From Octopus sinensis (taxonomy: Eukaryota), in NCBI RefSeq assembly GCF_006345805.1, contig NC_043000.1, forward strand, positions 147,932,001 to 147,996,000: a stretch of DNA of 64,000 nt, in the 5' to 3' direction. Made by a program: the position numbers and the translations under genes. The notes below the pieces were generated by a model that saw only the letters and a program-made list of their open reading frames with translations, had not been told where the DNA came from and made no database searches. Every line of letters begins with the position of its first letter. The stretch's first letter is position 1. This document shows positions 38,379 through 49,624 of this stretch, piece by piece.

Positions 38379-38464
38379 GATATTTTAATCACCTGAAGAA
38401 TGACTGTACCTCGAATTTTTACGAATTGGACAGCCATGAAACGATCATAGTGTTTACTAATATC
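38379..38464 (+). ncRNA. Minimal type I hammerhead ribozyme fold (Penelope-like terminus), with one probable CpG-decay change
   Basis: GATATTttAATCAC-CTGAAGA-ATG...CAT-GAAA-CGATCA-TA-GTGTTTActAATATC. Stem I strands pair, stem II is closed by ATG/CAT with CTGT/ACAG, and the core motifs are in canonical order. Confidence 0.7.
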
Positions 38465-38738
38465 TTTTTTTTAATTTTGATATATATTTAAAATAATATG
38501 AATTAATTAATTTATGTATTGGCTTAAGTTTTTCATTGTATGATTTGCCTAATAGTGGTTTTATCTCTAATTTATATAAAATTATATATATATATATATA
38601 TATATCAAACAGACTCTTAGCTATTGGCAAAGGTAACCTACCAACAAACCAGCCAGCTTGCTTGTTTGCTACCCAATCAATCAAACATGTGACTAGACAT
38701 TCTAAACAGCTGAAAGCATTGAAAGCAAGCAAACACAC

Positions 38739-38826
38739 CTGAAGTAGTACATCAGCTGATCAGATAATGTCATCTTTGTATCAATAAATGCAAGGTAGTT
38801 AGTGAGTTTAACATGAACACTTGATG
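38739..38826 (-). other. Candidate 88-nt exon (SSVHVKLTNYLAFIDTKMTLSDQLMYYF)
   Basis: Minus-strand TTTGCAG acceptor, CAG|GTGTGT donor, single open frame with protein-like composition in unique sequence. Confidence 0.3.
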
Positions 38827-38929
38827 CTGCAAACCACAGTTAACAAGTTTCTCTGTATATTTCCTGATTCAACCAGCATAACTACTCCTGGTTGCATGCA
38901 AAACGTGTCCCCCCACCCCTCACTGTCTT

Positions 38930-38967
<38 letters not shown>

Positions 38968-39029
38968 ACCTCTCATTTTTGCACCATTACTTCTTTTTCT
39001 CCCTCCCCCAGTTTCTGTCTCTCTCTCTT

Positions 39030-39094
39030 ACACACACACACACATCTACACTCTACCACTCTCTCTCTCACACACACACACATACACACACACA

Positions 39095-39128
<34 letters not shown>

Positions 39129-39270
39129 TCTACACTCTACCACTCTCTCTCTCACACACACACGCACACACATACACCACACACACACATACACACACAC
39201 AACACACACACACACATCTACACTCTACCACTCTCTCTCACACACACACACACACATCTACACTCTACCA

Positions 39271-39304
<34 letters not shown>

Positions 39305-39326
39305 TACACACATCTACATTCTACCA

Positions 39327-39357
<31 letters not shown>

Positions 39358-39650
39358 TTACATACACACACATACACATACACACACACACATCTACACT
39401 CTACCACTCTCTCTCACTCTCTCTCTCTCACACACACACACACACATACACACACGCACGCACATCTACACTCTACCACTCTCACACACACACACACATA
39501 CACACACACACACACACGCACGCACTCACACACACACACACACACACATCTACACTCTACCACTCTCACACACACACACATACACACACATCTACACTCT
39601 ACACCACACACACACACACACATCTACACTCTACCACTCTCTCACACTAT
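39030..39650. repeat. Compound array: ~20-bp motif CATCTACACTCTACCACTCT x10, separated by variable (CA)n/(CT)n
   Basis: Motif at ~39043, 39127, 39215, 39255, 39311, 39391, 39463, 39547, 39589, 39621. Confidence 0.9.
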
Positions 39651-40339
39651 CTTTCTCCTCCTCCTCACCTTAGATTGTCCTTCACTCTCTTTCATTCTTA
39701 ACACTTATTTCTATCATCCTCTTTTCTTGACACTTTCATTGCTGTTTATTTTAACAAATTATGCCATAAAATACGTTTTCTAGAGCTCTCAATTTTAATG
39801 ATGTTCTCGTCTCTGTTGATGTATTTGTTGTTGTTATTACTGAGTTGTTGCATTTGTTGTTGTCATCCTGAATGTTGCTATTAATTATGAATTTCTGTTT
39901 TATAGGTTTTGAACTTTATTTTATTCTGATGTCACTAATTTTGACACAAACATGATGATGATGCTGATTAGACAGCATTTTGCACAACGAACCAACAAAG
40001 AGATTCGCTATCAATTGACCAGCAAGAAATAGCAGCTAAATCTCTCTTGAATTTCACCCCCACTGTCTTTGAAAGAGAACATACCAAACAATGTAGTGGT
40101 GAGTATGATGATGATGATGATGATGATGATGGTAATGACTGATGACGAATATGACAATGATGATGATGATGATGATGATGATTAGGATGAAGATGATGAT
40201 GATGATAATGAGGAGGAGGAGGAAGAGGAGGAGGATAATGCCATATTCTAATAATAGTGCCAAATGTTTGGTTACCTTTATTGTCATTTACCAACAAAAT
40301 TGCTCCCAAAGGTCCTAAATAAAATTATGCTGAGTTAAC

Positions 40340-40454
40340 TAAATAAAATCACTGAATGGTTACATAGTCAAACAACTTAGCTATAATCAAACTCAAAGGA
40401 TGCCAAATAATTACAAGCCAATTACCTACCTGCTAGCATCCATATTAATTGACG

Positions 40455-40498
<44 letters not shown>

Positions 40499-41090
40499 AG
40501 ACATAGATAGATAGATAGACAGATAGATAGATAGCGCCAATGTCGACTTTGCCTTTCATCCTTTCGGGGTCGATAAATTAAGTACCAGTTACGCACTGGG
40601 CTTGATGTAATGGACTTGATCCGTTTGTCTGTCCTTGTTTGTCCCCTCTATGTTTAGCCTCTTGTGGGCAATAAAGAAATAAGATAGTTAGACAGACAGA
40701 CAGGTCTGGTCAAATGGAAGGAAACACCTTCTTCCTTACAGAGCAAAAAATGGTTGTTATTGCAGCTCATATGAATGTAAAGAGCAATTGCTAATAATTC
40801 GTATGACAGCCTCACAAAACACAAAATCTTACTTGCTCATAGATTGCTTACAAATATTAAAAACCCTAAAACTTTAAAAAGTATCACCAGTGCTGGTTAC
40901 TTTCTTGAAAAACAGCTGGATCTTGTGGAATATTAATCCTATTCTTTCAGACTCAAAGAGTATGAGGTTCTATGATAACATAAGCATCAACTGTGGCATT
41001 TTTCAAAGAAATTCTCTTTCTCTACTCCTTTTCTGTCACTCTTTAGTTTCCTCATGGTTCTGCAAGCTTAGCCACCTGAATAATCATAAT
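40340..41090 (+). mobile_element. R4/Dong-like LINE RT relic, interrupted by a microsatellite and a SINE family 2 fragment (40517-40682)
   Basis: NYKPITYL, GCYCSSYECKEQLLI and NISINCGIFQRNSLSLLLFC resemble NYRPITCL, GCKEQLL and GIFQGDSLSPLLFC. Confidence 0.75.
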
Positions 41091-41145
41091 TAGCTGGACC
41101 TGTGAAAACTTCACAGAAAACGTAAAATTGTAAGCATCTGTAAAT

Positions 41146-41556
41146 AGGTGCAGGAGTGGCTGTGTGGTAAGTAGCTTGCTAACCAACCACATGGTTTCGG
41201 GTTCAGTTCCACTGCGTGGCATCTTGGGCAAGTGTCTTCTGCTATAGCCCCGGGCCAACCAATGCCTAGTGAGTGGATTTGGTAGACAGAAACTGAAAGA
41301 AGCCTGTCGTATATATGTATATATATGTATATATGTGTATGTGTGTGTGTTTGTGTGTGTGTGTTTGTCCCCCTAGCATTGCTTGACAACCGATGCTGGT
41401 GTGTTTACATCCCCGTCACTTAGCGGTTCGGCAAAAGAGACCGATAGAATAAGTACTGGGCTTACAAAGAATAAGTCCCGGGGTCGATTTGCTCGACTAA
41501 AGGCGGTGCTCCAGCATGGCCGCAGTCAAATGACTGAAACAAGTAAAAGAGTAAAA
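41146..41556 (+). mobile_element. SINE family 1, full length
   Basis: AGGTGCAGGAGTGGCTGTGTGG head through GACTGAAACAAGTAAAAGAGTAAAA tail. Confidence 0.92.
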
Positions 41557-41687
41557 CAGCAAAGAGAGTGTGCTGGTGCCATGAGAAATGTTTCTATATT
41601 GTGACACTTAGAGAATATAGAAAGAAGTGTAAAGCTGATAACTATATAATCTAGCCAAAATATCTCAGTTATGCCACTTATCATCAT

Positions 41688-41945
41688 CATTGTTTAACGT
41701 CCGTTTTCCATGCTAGCATGGGTTGGACGGTTCGACCGGGGTCTGGGAAGCTAGGAGGCTGCACCAGGCTCCAGTCTGATCTGGCAGTGTTTCTACAGCT
41801 GGATGCCCTTCCTAATGTCAACTACTCCGTGAGTGTAGTGGGTGCTTTTTACGTGCCACCACCACAGGTGCCAGGAGAGGCTGGCAACAGCCACGATTGA
41901 TCGGTTGGTGCTTTTTACGTGCCACCGGCACGGAAGCCAGTCAAT
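41688..41945 (-). mobile_element. RTE LINE 3' UTR fragment
   Basis: Same tail as 22681-22950. Confidence 0.9.
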
Positions 41946-43628
41946 GTAAACAGAAATAACTATTTAGCCTTAAAATAACATTGTATGTATTCAAAAAAGC
42001 CTTCTTGGTTTAGTGGTACGGAATGATGGAATGAACATTCTTCTGATTCTATTCCTTCACTCAATCTATCTCTCTATATCCTTCTTTTCCCCTCTCTCCC
42101 CTCTCTCTCCTCTATGTCTTCTTACCTCTTAATGTCCTGTGTTTAACGCAGTATATTTCTCTTTCCTCTCAGCATTATCAATCTCCCCTTTCTCGCTCTC
42201 TCTCTCTCTCTCTCTCTCACACTCACACACACACTTCCTCTTACTTCTTCCTTTTTGCCTCTTTGCCTCTCACTTCAACTATACTTCCTCTGCTTCTGTC
42301 CTTCCCTTCTCTCCCACTTTGCCACTCACTTCAAGTATACCTCCTCTACTTAACACCTTTTAATTCTCTTTTTCTTTGTACCGCTCCCTTTGAAGTAAGT
42401 GTGACACACACCTCAGGTATGTACAAAAACAAAAGCAAAATAAACTAAGTGTATCAATATTATTGATAATGGTTGTTTCAAATTCCAGCACTTGACAGTA
42501 CTTGATTTTATTGATCCTGGAAGAATGAAAGGCTAAGTTTAACATCAATGAGATTTGAATTCAGAATGTTAAAAATCAGAACAAAAATTTCACAATGGAA
42601 TTTGACCAGTGGTCTAACAATTCTGCCATTCATTGCTCGTTTTGTCAATAATTATAATTTATAACTTTTACAAACTAATCTTTTGGGGGCAAGTATATAA
42701 ATCAATTCCAGTAAGTCAACAGGCTTTGAACTTAGAATATTAAGAAACAGCCAAACACCACAAAGCATTTTGCTTGGTACTCTATTAATCCTTCCAGTTT
42801 TTGCCCAATATGATTGTAAAAGATAAGTGAATGAAAACAAGCCAGAAGTAAAATGGTATTCTGAAATATACTAAAACTGAGAGATAAAACACTTCATGAT
42901 CAAAATTTTTCAAGGTACAACAATAGTTCATTAGGTCTGGGCTAAGAACAAAAAGGAAAGGTCTGATATAGAAAGAAGTGTAAAACTGATAACTATATAA
43001 TCCAGCCAAAATATCTCAGTGACGCCAATCATCGGCATCATCATCATCATCATCGTTTAACATCTGTTTTCCATGCTAGCATGGGTTGGACGGTTCAACC
43101 GGGGTCTGGGAAGCCAGGAGGCTGATTTATATATACATTATCAATGTCTCACCATAAAAAGTTCTAATAAAATAATGGTATGAAATAAGGCTGGCAACAA
43201 CTGCAGATTATGCAATCTTCACAAAGAAAAAATTGATAATATAATTTCTGTTTATCCAGTCCTTGCAAAGACAGAATATATCCATAAACATGATCAGGTT
43301 GGTGGTTGTGTACATTAGGCAATATGCTGACAGTTTGATATGAAAACTTAAAAGACCTTGCTATGATAATCTGAACCATGAATTCACAGACTGACAAAGA
43401 GATCAAAACAAGATCAAAACAAGATCAAAACAAGATCAAAACAAATAATCCAGATATATAAACAAATGGTGGAATGAGAAAATATTTACTCTGGTAAACA
43501 TTTCAGTCCCTTCCAAAATGCTGCATGAAAAGATGTAAAAAAAAAACTACAAAAAAAAAAAACTATAGAAGTACAAAGATCTTGAAATGGCTATAAATTT
43601 GATGTGGAGCATAAAAGTAAACACAATA

Positions 43629-44012
43629 TCTCTCTCTATATAAACGGCAGTTTGTCTGTGTGTGTTTCTGTGTGTCTGTTTGGTTGTACCCTCACCCTGA
43701 CCACGGCTTTCAACCGATTCTGATGAAACTTGACACACACATAGCCCAATGTCATAATTCAAAACTAACGCAGCGAAAATTTTGAAAAGTTCCCCCAGTT
43801 CTGAAAAGAATCGATAAATTCGTCATGGGGTCGAGAATCAGAAACACAAACCGCAAACTGTCTAGGGGACGCAACTCCACCTTTTTTTACTCTCAAAAAA
43901 AATTTACCATCATTTTTTTTCATTTTTTTGCTATTTTTTGGCTATAACTCTCTCAAAATGCTTTATAGTTATTTCCCTTACAAACCTGAGCAACGCCGGG
44001 CGATACTGCTAG
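43629..44012 (+). mobile_element. Non-autonomous Helitron (body type C) sharing ~110 bp of 3' end with the compound element
   Basis: A|TCTCTCTCTATATAAA start; ends CCTGAGCAACGCCGGGCGATACTG-CTAG|T. Confidence 0.85.
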
Positions 44013-44273
44013 TCAACAATAAGTGGAACACTGAGTAAAATAAAGAAGAGCCATACCAAAAATTACAACTTTATACACTGTCCATAAAACAGTCTTGCTA
44101 GACACTGCCCACATCTTACACAAAGTACCTTTGATCCAAAAGCACAATTGATGCAGTACACTTTGTACAATTCAAAAAACCCACTAAACCCAATCACCAC
44201 TCAGTTTTATGATACAACTTTTATAGCACATACTCTGTCCAATCTCTGCTTAATCAAAAAACACAAGCCACAT

Positions 44274-45091
44274 AGGCGCAGGAGTGGCTGTGTGGTAAGT
44301 AGCTTGCTAACCAGCCACATGGTTCCGGGTTCAGTCCCACTGCGTGGCATCTTGGGCAAATGTCTTCTGCTATAGCTCCAAGCCGACCAATGCCTTGTGA
44401 GTGGATTTGGTAGACAGAAACTGAAAGAAGCCTGTCATATATATCATCATCATTTAACGTCCGTTTTCCGCGCTAGCACGGGTGGACGGTTTCGACCGGG
44501 GTCTGGGGAGCTCGGGACTGCCCCAGGCTCCAGTCTAGTCTGGCAGTGTTTCTACCTGGATGCCCTTCTAACGCCAACACCGCGAGTGTAGTGGGTGTTT
44601 TACGTGCCACCTGCACAGGTGCCAGAGGGGTCTGGCATCGGCCACGTTCGGATGGTGCTTTTTATATGGGGGGGGGGAGAAATATAGGGGAGCACCAGTG
44701 GGGAGGGGTGGTTCAGAGAAATGATGACAGGTTCTAGGCAAGTAGAACGACGTAGGATATCAGAGAGGGGTAATGCATGGTCAAATAGCGTATAAGAGAG
44801 GGGGGTTCGAAGAGTAGACACCTATAATGGTGGTGGGAGAAGCGACATCCGGTATAGATGGAGCAAAAATATAGAGATATCCGGTATTGGTGGTGGGGGT
44901 GGGCAAGGGCGGGTGCACCGGGAATATGACGGGCTGGCTTAAAAATGCTCTTAGCAAAGGAAGAGGGGGGATGGCAGACAACGTAAAAGAGGGAGAGAGA
45001 GAAGGGAAATAGTGGAACCCCGCGAAAATGGGCCGCCATTGAAAAAACCCCTGTATGGAGAAATAATATGCAATACAAGGCGAAGCTGAAA

Positions 45092-45143
<52 letters not shown>

Positions 45144-45396
45144 GCAAATTTTCGACCGAGGATCAAAGGGACAATACTAATACTACTAATAATAGTAATA
45201 GTCCCCCTAGCATTGCTTGACAACCGATGCTGGTGTGTTTACGTCCCCGTCACTTAGCGGTTCGGCAAAAAGAGACCGATAGAATAAGTACTGGGCTTAC
45301 AAAGAATAAGTCCCGGGGTCGATTTGCTCAACTAAAGGCGGTGCTCCAGCATGGCTGCAGTCAAATGACTGAAACAAGTAAAAGAGAGAAAAGAGT
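44274..45396 (+). mobile_element. SINE family 1 halves (44274-44442 and 45201-45396) separated by an inverted RTE 3' end and a purine-rich insert
   Basis: 5' head/core and 3' tail are in the same orientation. RTE tail on the minus strand at 44443-44670. Confidence 0.7.
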
Positions 45397-46039
45397 AACA
45401 CATATTCTACAAAATTTTCACTCAATGCTACAAAACCAATCACACAACACATTTCCCACAATTTCATTCCATTGGCCATTTTTGATCCATTAGTAGATAA
45501 AGCCTTAGAATGCTATTATTGGCTTATTTATGTTGGCTGTAGGCCTACCTGCCTGCCTGTCCATGCTGACCAATTGCAGACTGGACAGAGTGCTCTTGTT
45601 GAGTGATTAGCCTTAGCCAATGACACCTGGAAAAGATTTCCACTAAGAACACAAAGAATCAGAACAGATCCAATGCTTTAACCCTTCTGATAATCTGTTA
45701 CCTTGGACTGAAACTTTATTTATGAACCCCAAAAGGATGCAAGGCACAGCTGATTTTGATAGCTGACTTGGGATAAACATAGGTGTGTTCAAGAATCTGC
45801 TCAACATTAGCGCCATTCAATAAATTAACACATTTCACAAAACTCATATTCTACACAACAAACAATAAACACTAAAGTAACACTAGAAACAACAAGTCAA
45901 ACCCAACAACAAAGAAAGTATATGTAACATACAGGCCTCTTCTTTTATTCGCAAATATATTGCTATACACACATCAGGATTATAAAAGTTTACTTAATGG
46001 GGCAGTAGAAACGCATATGAAACTTTTGAAAATGGATGA

Positions 46040-46355
46040 TCGTTCGTTTAGCGTCCGTTTTCCATGCTAGCATGGGTTGGACGGGTCAACTGGGGTCTGT
46101 GAAGCTGGAAGGGTTCGTCAGGCCCAGTCAGATCTGGCAGTGTTTCTACGGCTGGATGCCCTTCCTAACGCCAACCACTCCGCGAGTGTAGTGGGTGTTT
46201 TTTACGTGCCACCTGCACAGGTGCCAGACAGAGCTGGCGAACGGCCACGAACGGATGGTGCTTTTACGTGTCACCGGCACGGGGCCAGGCGATGCTGGCA
46301 ATGGACGATGGTGCTTTTATGTGTCACCGGCACGGGGCCAGGCGATGCTGGCAAA
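46040..46355 (-). mobile_element. RTE LINE 3' UTR fragment
   Basis: Same tail, with internal repeat units. Confidence 0.9.
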
Positions 46356-46373
46356 TAATAATAATAATAACAA

Positions 46374-46585
46374 GAATACTCAGAGAGTGCAAGCCTCCAC
46401 CAAGGTAACACCAACGTTCTCTCAATGATTAGTTGGAGATGATTTTTAAAATGAGAATATCTGAAATAAACTCAACTGCTCTCACAAAGGAGAATACTAA
46501 AAATGAACTCAACCGCTTTCAAAAATTAAGTAAAAAAAATGCAAAAATAATCCAGAATCCTTGTTTGGTACCTGATTGACCTCAA
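46374..46585 (+). mobile_element. Left part of a Helentron/DINE-like non-autonomous element
   Basis: AACAAGAATACTCAGAGAGTGCAAGCCTCCACCAAGG start; shares AATAATCCAGAAT..TTG with 47225-47260. Confidence 0.45.
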
Positions 46586-46639
46586 TGGTAGTCATGGAAT
46601 GTGAAGGTGGGTGTGCAGGCTGTATTTGTATGCTGTATG

Positions 46640-46760
46640 TGTGTGTGTTGTCTGCAGTGGGAATTAGGGACAGTTTTCTCTATGAAGGCCTTTTTTAGTC
46701 TATCCATTGATATAGCGTCTTTACGACCATTAAGGTTTATAGTGAAAAATCTATAAGAAA
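46640..46760 (-). mobile_element. Gypsy-type integrase C-terminal scrap
   Basis: FFTINLNGRKDAISMDRLKKAF, resembling the DTVSIDRLKPA motif. Confidence 0.65.
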
Positions 46761-47159
46761 AGAAAATGGAAAGGAACTGCATACAGTGCTGTTAACGGAG
46801 GCTTAACAACATCGTTGTGCACAAAAACTTGAGACCAAGAAGTAAAGCTTCCTTCAAGGCAGAGCTAGAAATGCAATTGCGAAGTAGGTAAGAGGTTTTA
46901 AACAGGAGCGATATATTCAAAATTGGTAAAACTAAAAATTGTCGAGGATAAATTAAATTTATTATTACTGAATATGTCAGTGTTATTTAATTTCTGAATG
47001 GTTTTGCTGCTGTTTCAGTAGTTTGACTTCTTCATCCATCAGTTTCTACTAAGATAGAGACGTAAGTAAAATTAATAATAGAGAAACAAAAATAAAACTT
47101 TGGAAACAGCAATGTGACCATAACTTACATGGAAACCATGAGCATGCTTTCAAGGGAGA

Positions 47160-47425
47160 AATCAGAGACAGACTTGAAAGTCAATGTAAGATCTTAATAC
47201 TTCATGTAAAGTAAAGTAAATATAACAAATAATCCAGAATTCTTGTCCAGTACCGGATCGATCCTGAAATCTAATCAGTTTGTGCCAATCATGATACCAA
47301 ACATCCCTGAAAGTTTCATCTGAATCCATCCGGCAGTTCTTGAGATATCTTGCCCATGGTAAAAAAAAAACAAACAAACATGACTGAAAGTAATACCTCT
47401 GCCTTCGTTAAGGCGGAGGTAATAA
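47160..47425 (+). mobile_element. Right part of a Helentron/DINE-like element with terminal hairpin
   Basis: Terminal TACCTCTGCCTTCGTTAAGGCGGAGGTA stem-loop followed by (AAT)n. Confidence 0.5.
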
Positions 47426-47929
47426 TAATAATAATACTGATAATTGTCTTGGTATAAAAGATGGGCAACAGCAAATATTCTACTCAATACCACAGATTTG
47501 CTTGTCAGTTGCTTGATCTTAACCAGTTGAGCATGGCCTTTAGTGGCTGACAACATGTGCTTCTCTGCTCATGAGCAGAAGTAGTGGAGGAACATCATAA
47601 CCATATTTTGAGAGGAATTCTTTGGGGTTTCAATAATTCACCTTTGGAAACATGGGTGCTTCATTCAACATCCTTAAACAACCCTTACTCAGGGACATTT
47701 TGAGCAGGATGGGATACTCAACCTGATGAAAATTCTAACTGGGCCCCACCTGCAAGGTCATGTGCTGTTTATCTGATATAAGATCACCATGTCATGCACA
47801 AATGGTTGTGATGCATGTGCCTGGTGTACCCTTATCAGATGGGTAGTCATGGCGGGTATACTGGGCTTTGTATATTTTACCCCAGTGTCACTTTGATGGC
47901 ATGCACTGCTCTCTCACTCAATAATAATA

Positions 47930-48090
47930 ATATGGACAAGAAGTCAAGAAAGCTCCTAGTGATGCATGGAGTCCATCATCCATGTGCAGAGACTGATATG
48001 GACAGGAAGTCAAAATATTTTCTAATGATGCATAGAACCCATCATCCATGTGCAGACACTGATCGCCTTTACATGAAGAGAGGTGTGTGT
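47930..48090 (+). mobile_element. R4/Dong-like LINE relic with an internal duplication
   Basis: MDKKSRKLLVMHGVHHPCAETD...MHRTHHPCADTDRLYMKR resembles DRKTRKLLTMHGxHHPKADVDRLY. A family tail lies at ~48625-48673. Confidence 0.7.
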
Positions 48091-49222
48091 AAGAGGGAGA
48101 AGGAATGATAGCAAATGGTGTGAGTGAAAGGTGAGAGAATGTCTTTTAATGACCTAACCATGTGGCAAGACACTGGTTACAGCTAAAGCATCTCTGGTAA
48201 GATTTGAAAGTGAATTCTATTGATAAGGGCCATGGTACTTTGTATTTTGATATGAAAGCCAAGGTACTCTACTTTGACAATCTACCACAGCTGCCAAAAG
48301 ATGTGGTTGTAAGTAATATATGTTGACAGGCATGTTGGTTACCTGCATCGGTGGTTTAATGCCTGCTGTTATAATATTACCAATTATGTAAATATTAAGA
48401 AATTTCCACAACCAACACAATTGACTGAATAATTCTTCAGCATTCAGAAATAATTGATAACAAATATACTGAGGCTTGCCAAGATAGGAGTAAATATACA
48501 CATCAGATTCATATTGGCCAACTATAATCATATCCAGGTTGAGCAGGAATCATTACAACAACTATTATTATTAATGGCAAGAGAGTGTGTGGAGCTGGAC
48601 TGCAGGATGCCAAACACTAAAGTTGGTGCATCAGCATGGCCGCAGCTCTGAGCTGAAACTACATAAAAAAAAAACCCCTTATACCACAATGCTCCAGAAT
48701 GATCTAGAATGATCTATCAAATGACGTCTGGCTGCTGATTGGTCAATAACTTCATATCTCATATGAATACAGTTGTGTTATGTCGTTACTTAAACTTTGC
48801 AATTTGCTGACTCAGTTTTGATTCTTGCTACAAAACCAAAAACCAGTGTAAGTGTGATTTAAGCATACATATGCTCATGTGTGTCTACAGCATATGTAAA
48901 GATCATGTAACAAAAATATTGGAACTCAAAATGGATGGGAAAAAATACATGGAAATGACACAGACAGAGAAAAAAAATGAAAGTAAAATATTTCAGTTTA
49001 GTTCATAAACTGTTCAAAATTTGAAAGACTATTTTTGCATAGCAACAGATAGGGAAAAATTGCAGAACGTGTGAGATACATGTCTGTACAAAAGTGTGTT
49101 GCAATGCTAGGCTGCAAGTCAAATTATCAAAGTGAATATGAATGCTTGTATCTCTTTTTCATTTAACTAAACAGAATAAGCCAAGAACTAAGAATGTCAA
49201 AAAGAAAGAGAGATAAAAATAA

Positions 49223-49258
<36 letters not shown>

Positions 49259-49389
49259 TTTTGTGGTAGTACTGATGATGCCACTGGCCAAAATGTTCTG
49301 CAAGTAGCAGAAAAAAATTATGGAGAGACATTTTGCAAAGCATCAGTCTGTTGCAGTAAAACAAAGAGGTTGCATATTTGCTGTGTGAA

Positions 49390-49428
<39 letters not shown>

Positions 49429-49624
49429 CAAAGACAATGATAGATGGTCTTAGAGAATATGTCAAGTTGATTCAATAAAGTTCATCTTTCAAACATGACT
49501 GTGTAAGACCTAGTAAAATGTTGAAGTGGAGTTGCAAAGAAAAATGCTGGCATCAAGTAAATCTCAGGTAGTTGTTCTATGTATATTGTCAATTAACAGA
49601 AAGGCATGAGCATGGCTGCAATGG

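Noticed and set aside
39030-39650. CRISPR-like repeat-spacer array
   Set aside because: Spacers are (CA)/(CT) microsatellite and the repeat is not palindromic.
41146-41225. tRNA genes at the SINE heads (all copies)
   Set aside because: A/B-box-like motifs are present, but I could not fold a complete cloverleaf, and each head continues into the SINE core and tail.
43400-43445. (AAACAAGATC)x4 and the ~21-bp repeat at 27301-27353
   Set aside because: Ordinary short tandem duplications with no further structure.
44890-44915. G-quadruplex motif GGGGGTGGGCAAGGGCGGG
   Set aside because: A single motif inside a purine-rich, repeat-derived insert, with nothing indicating function.
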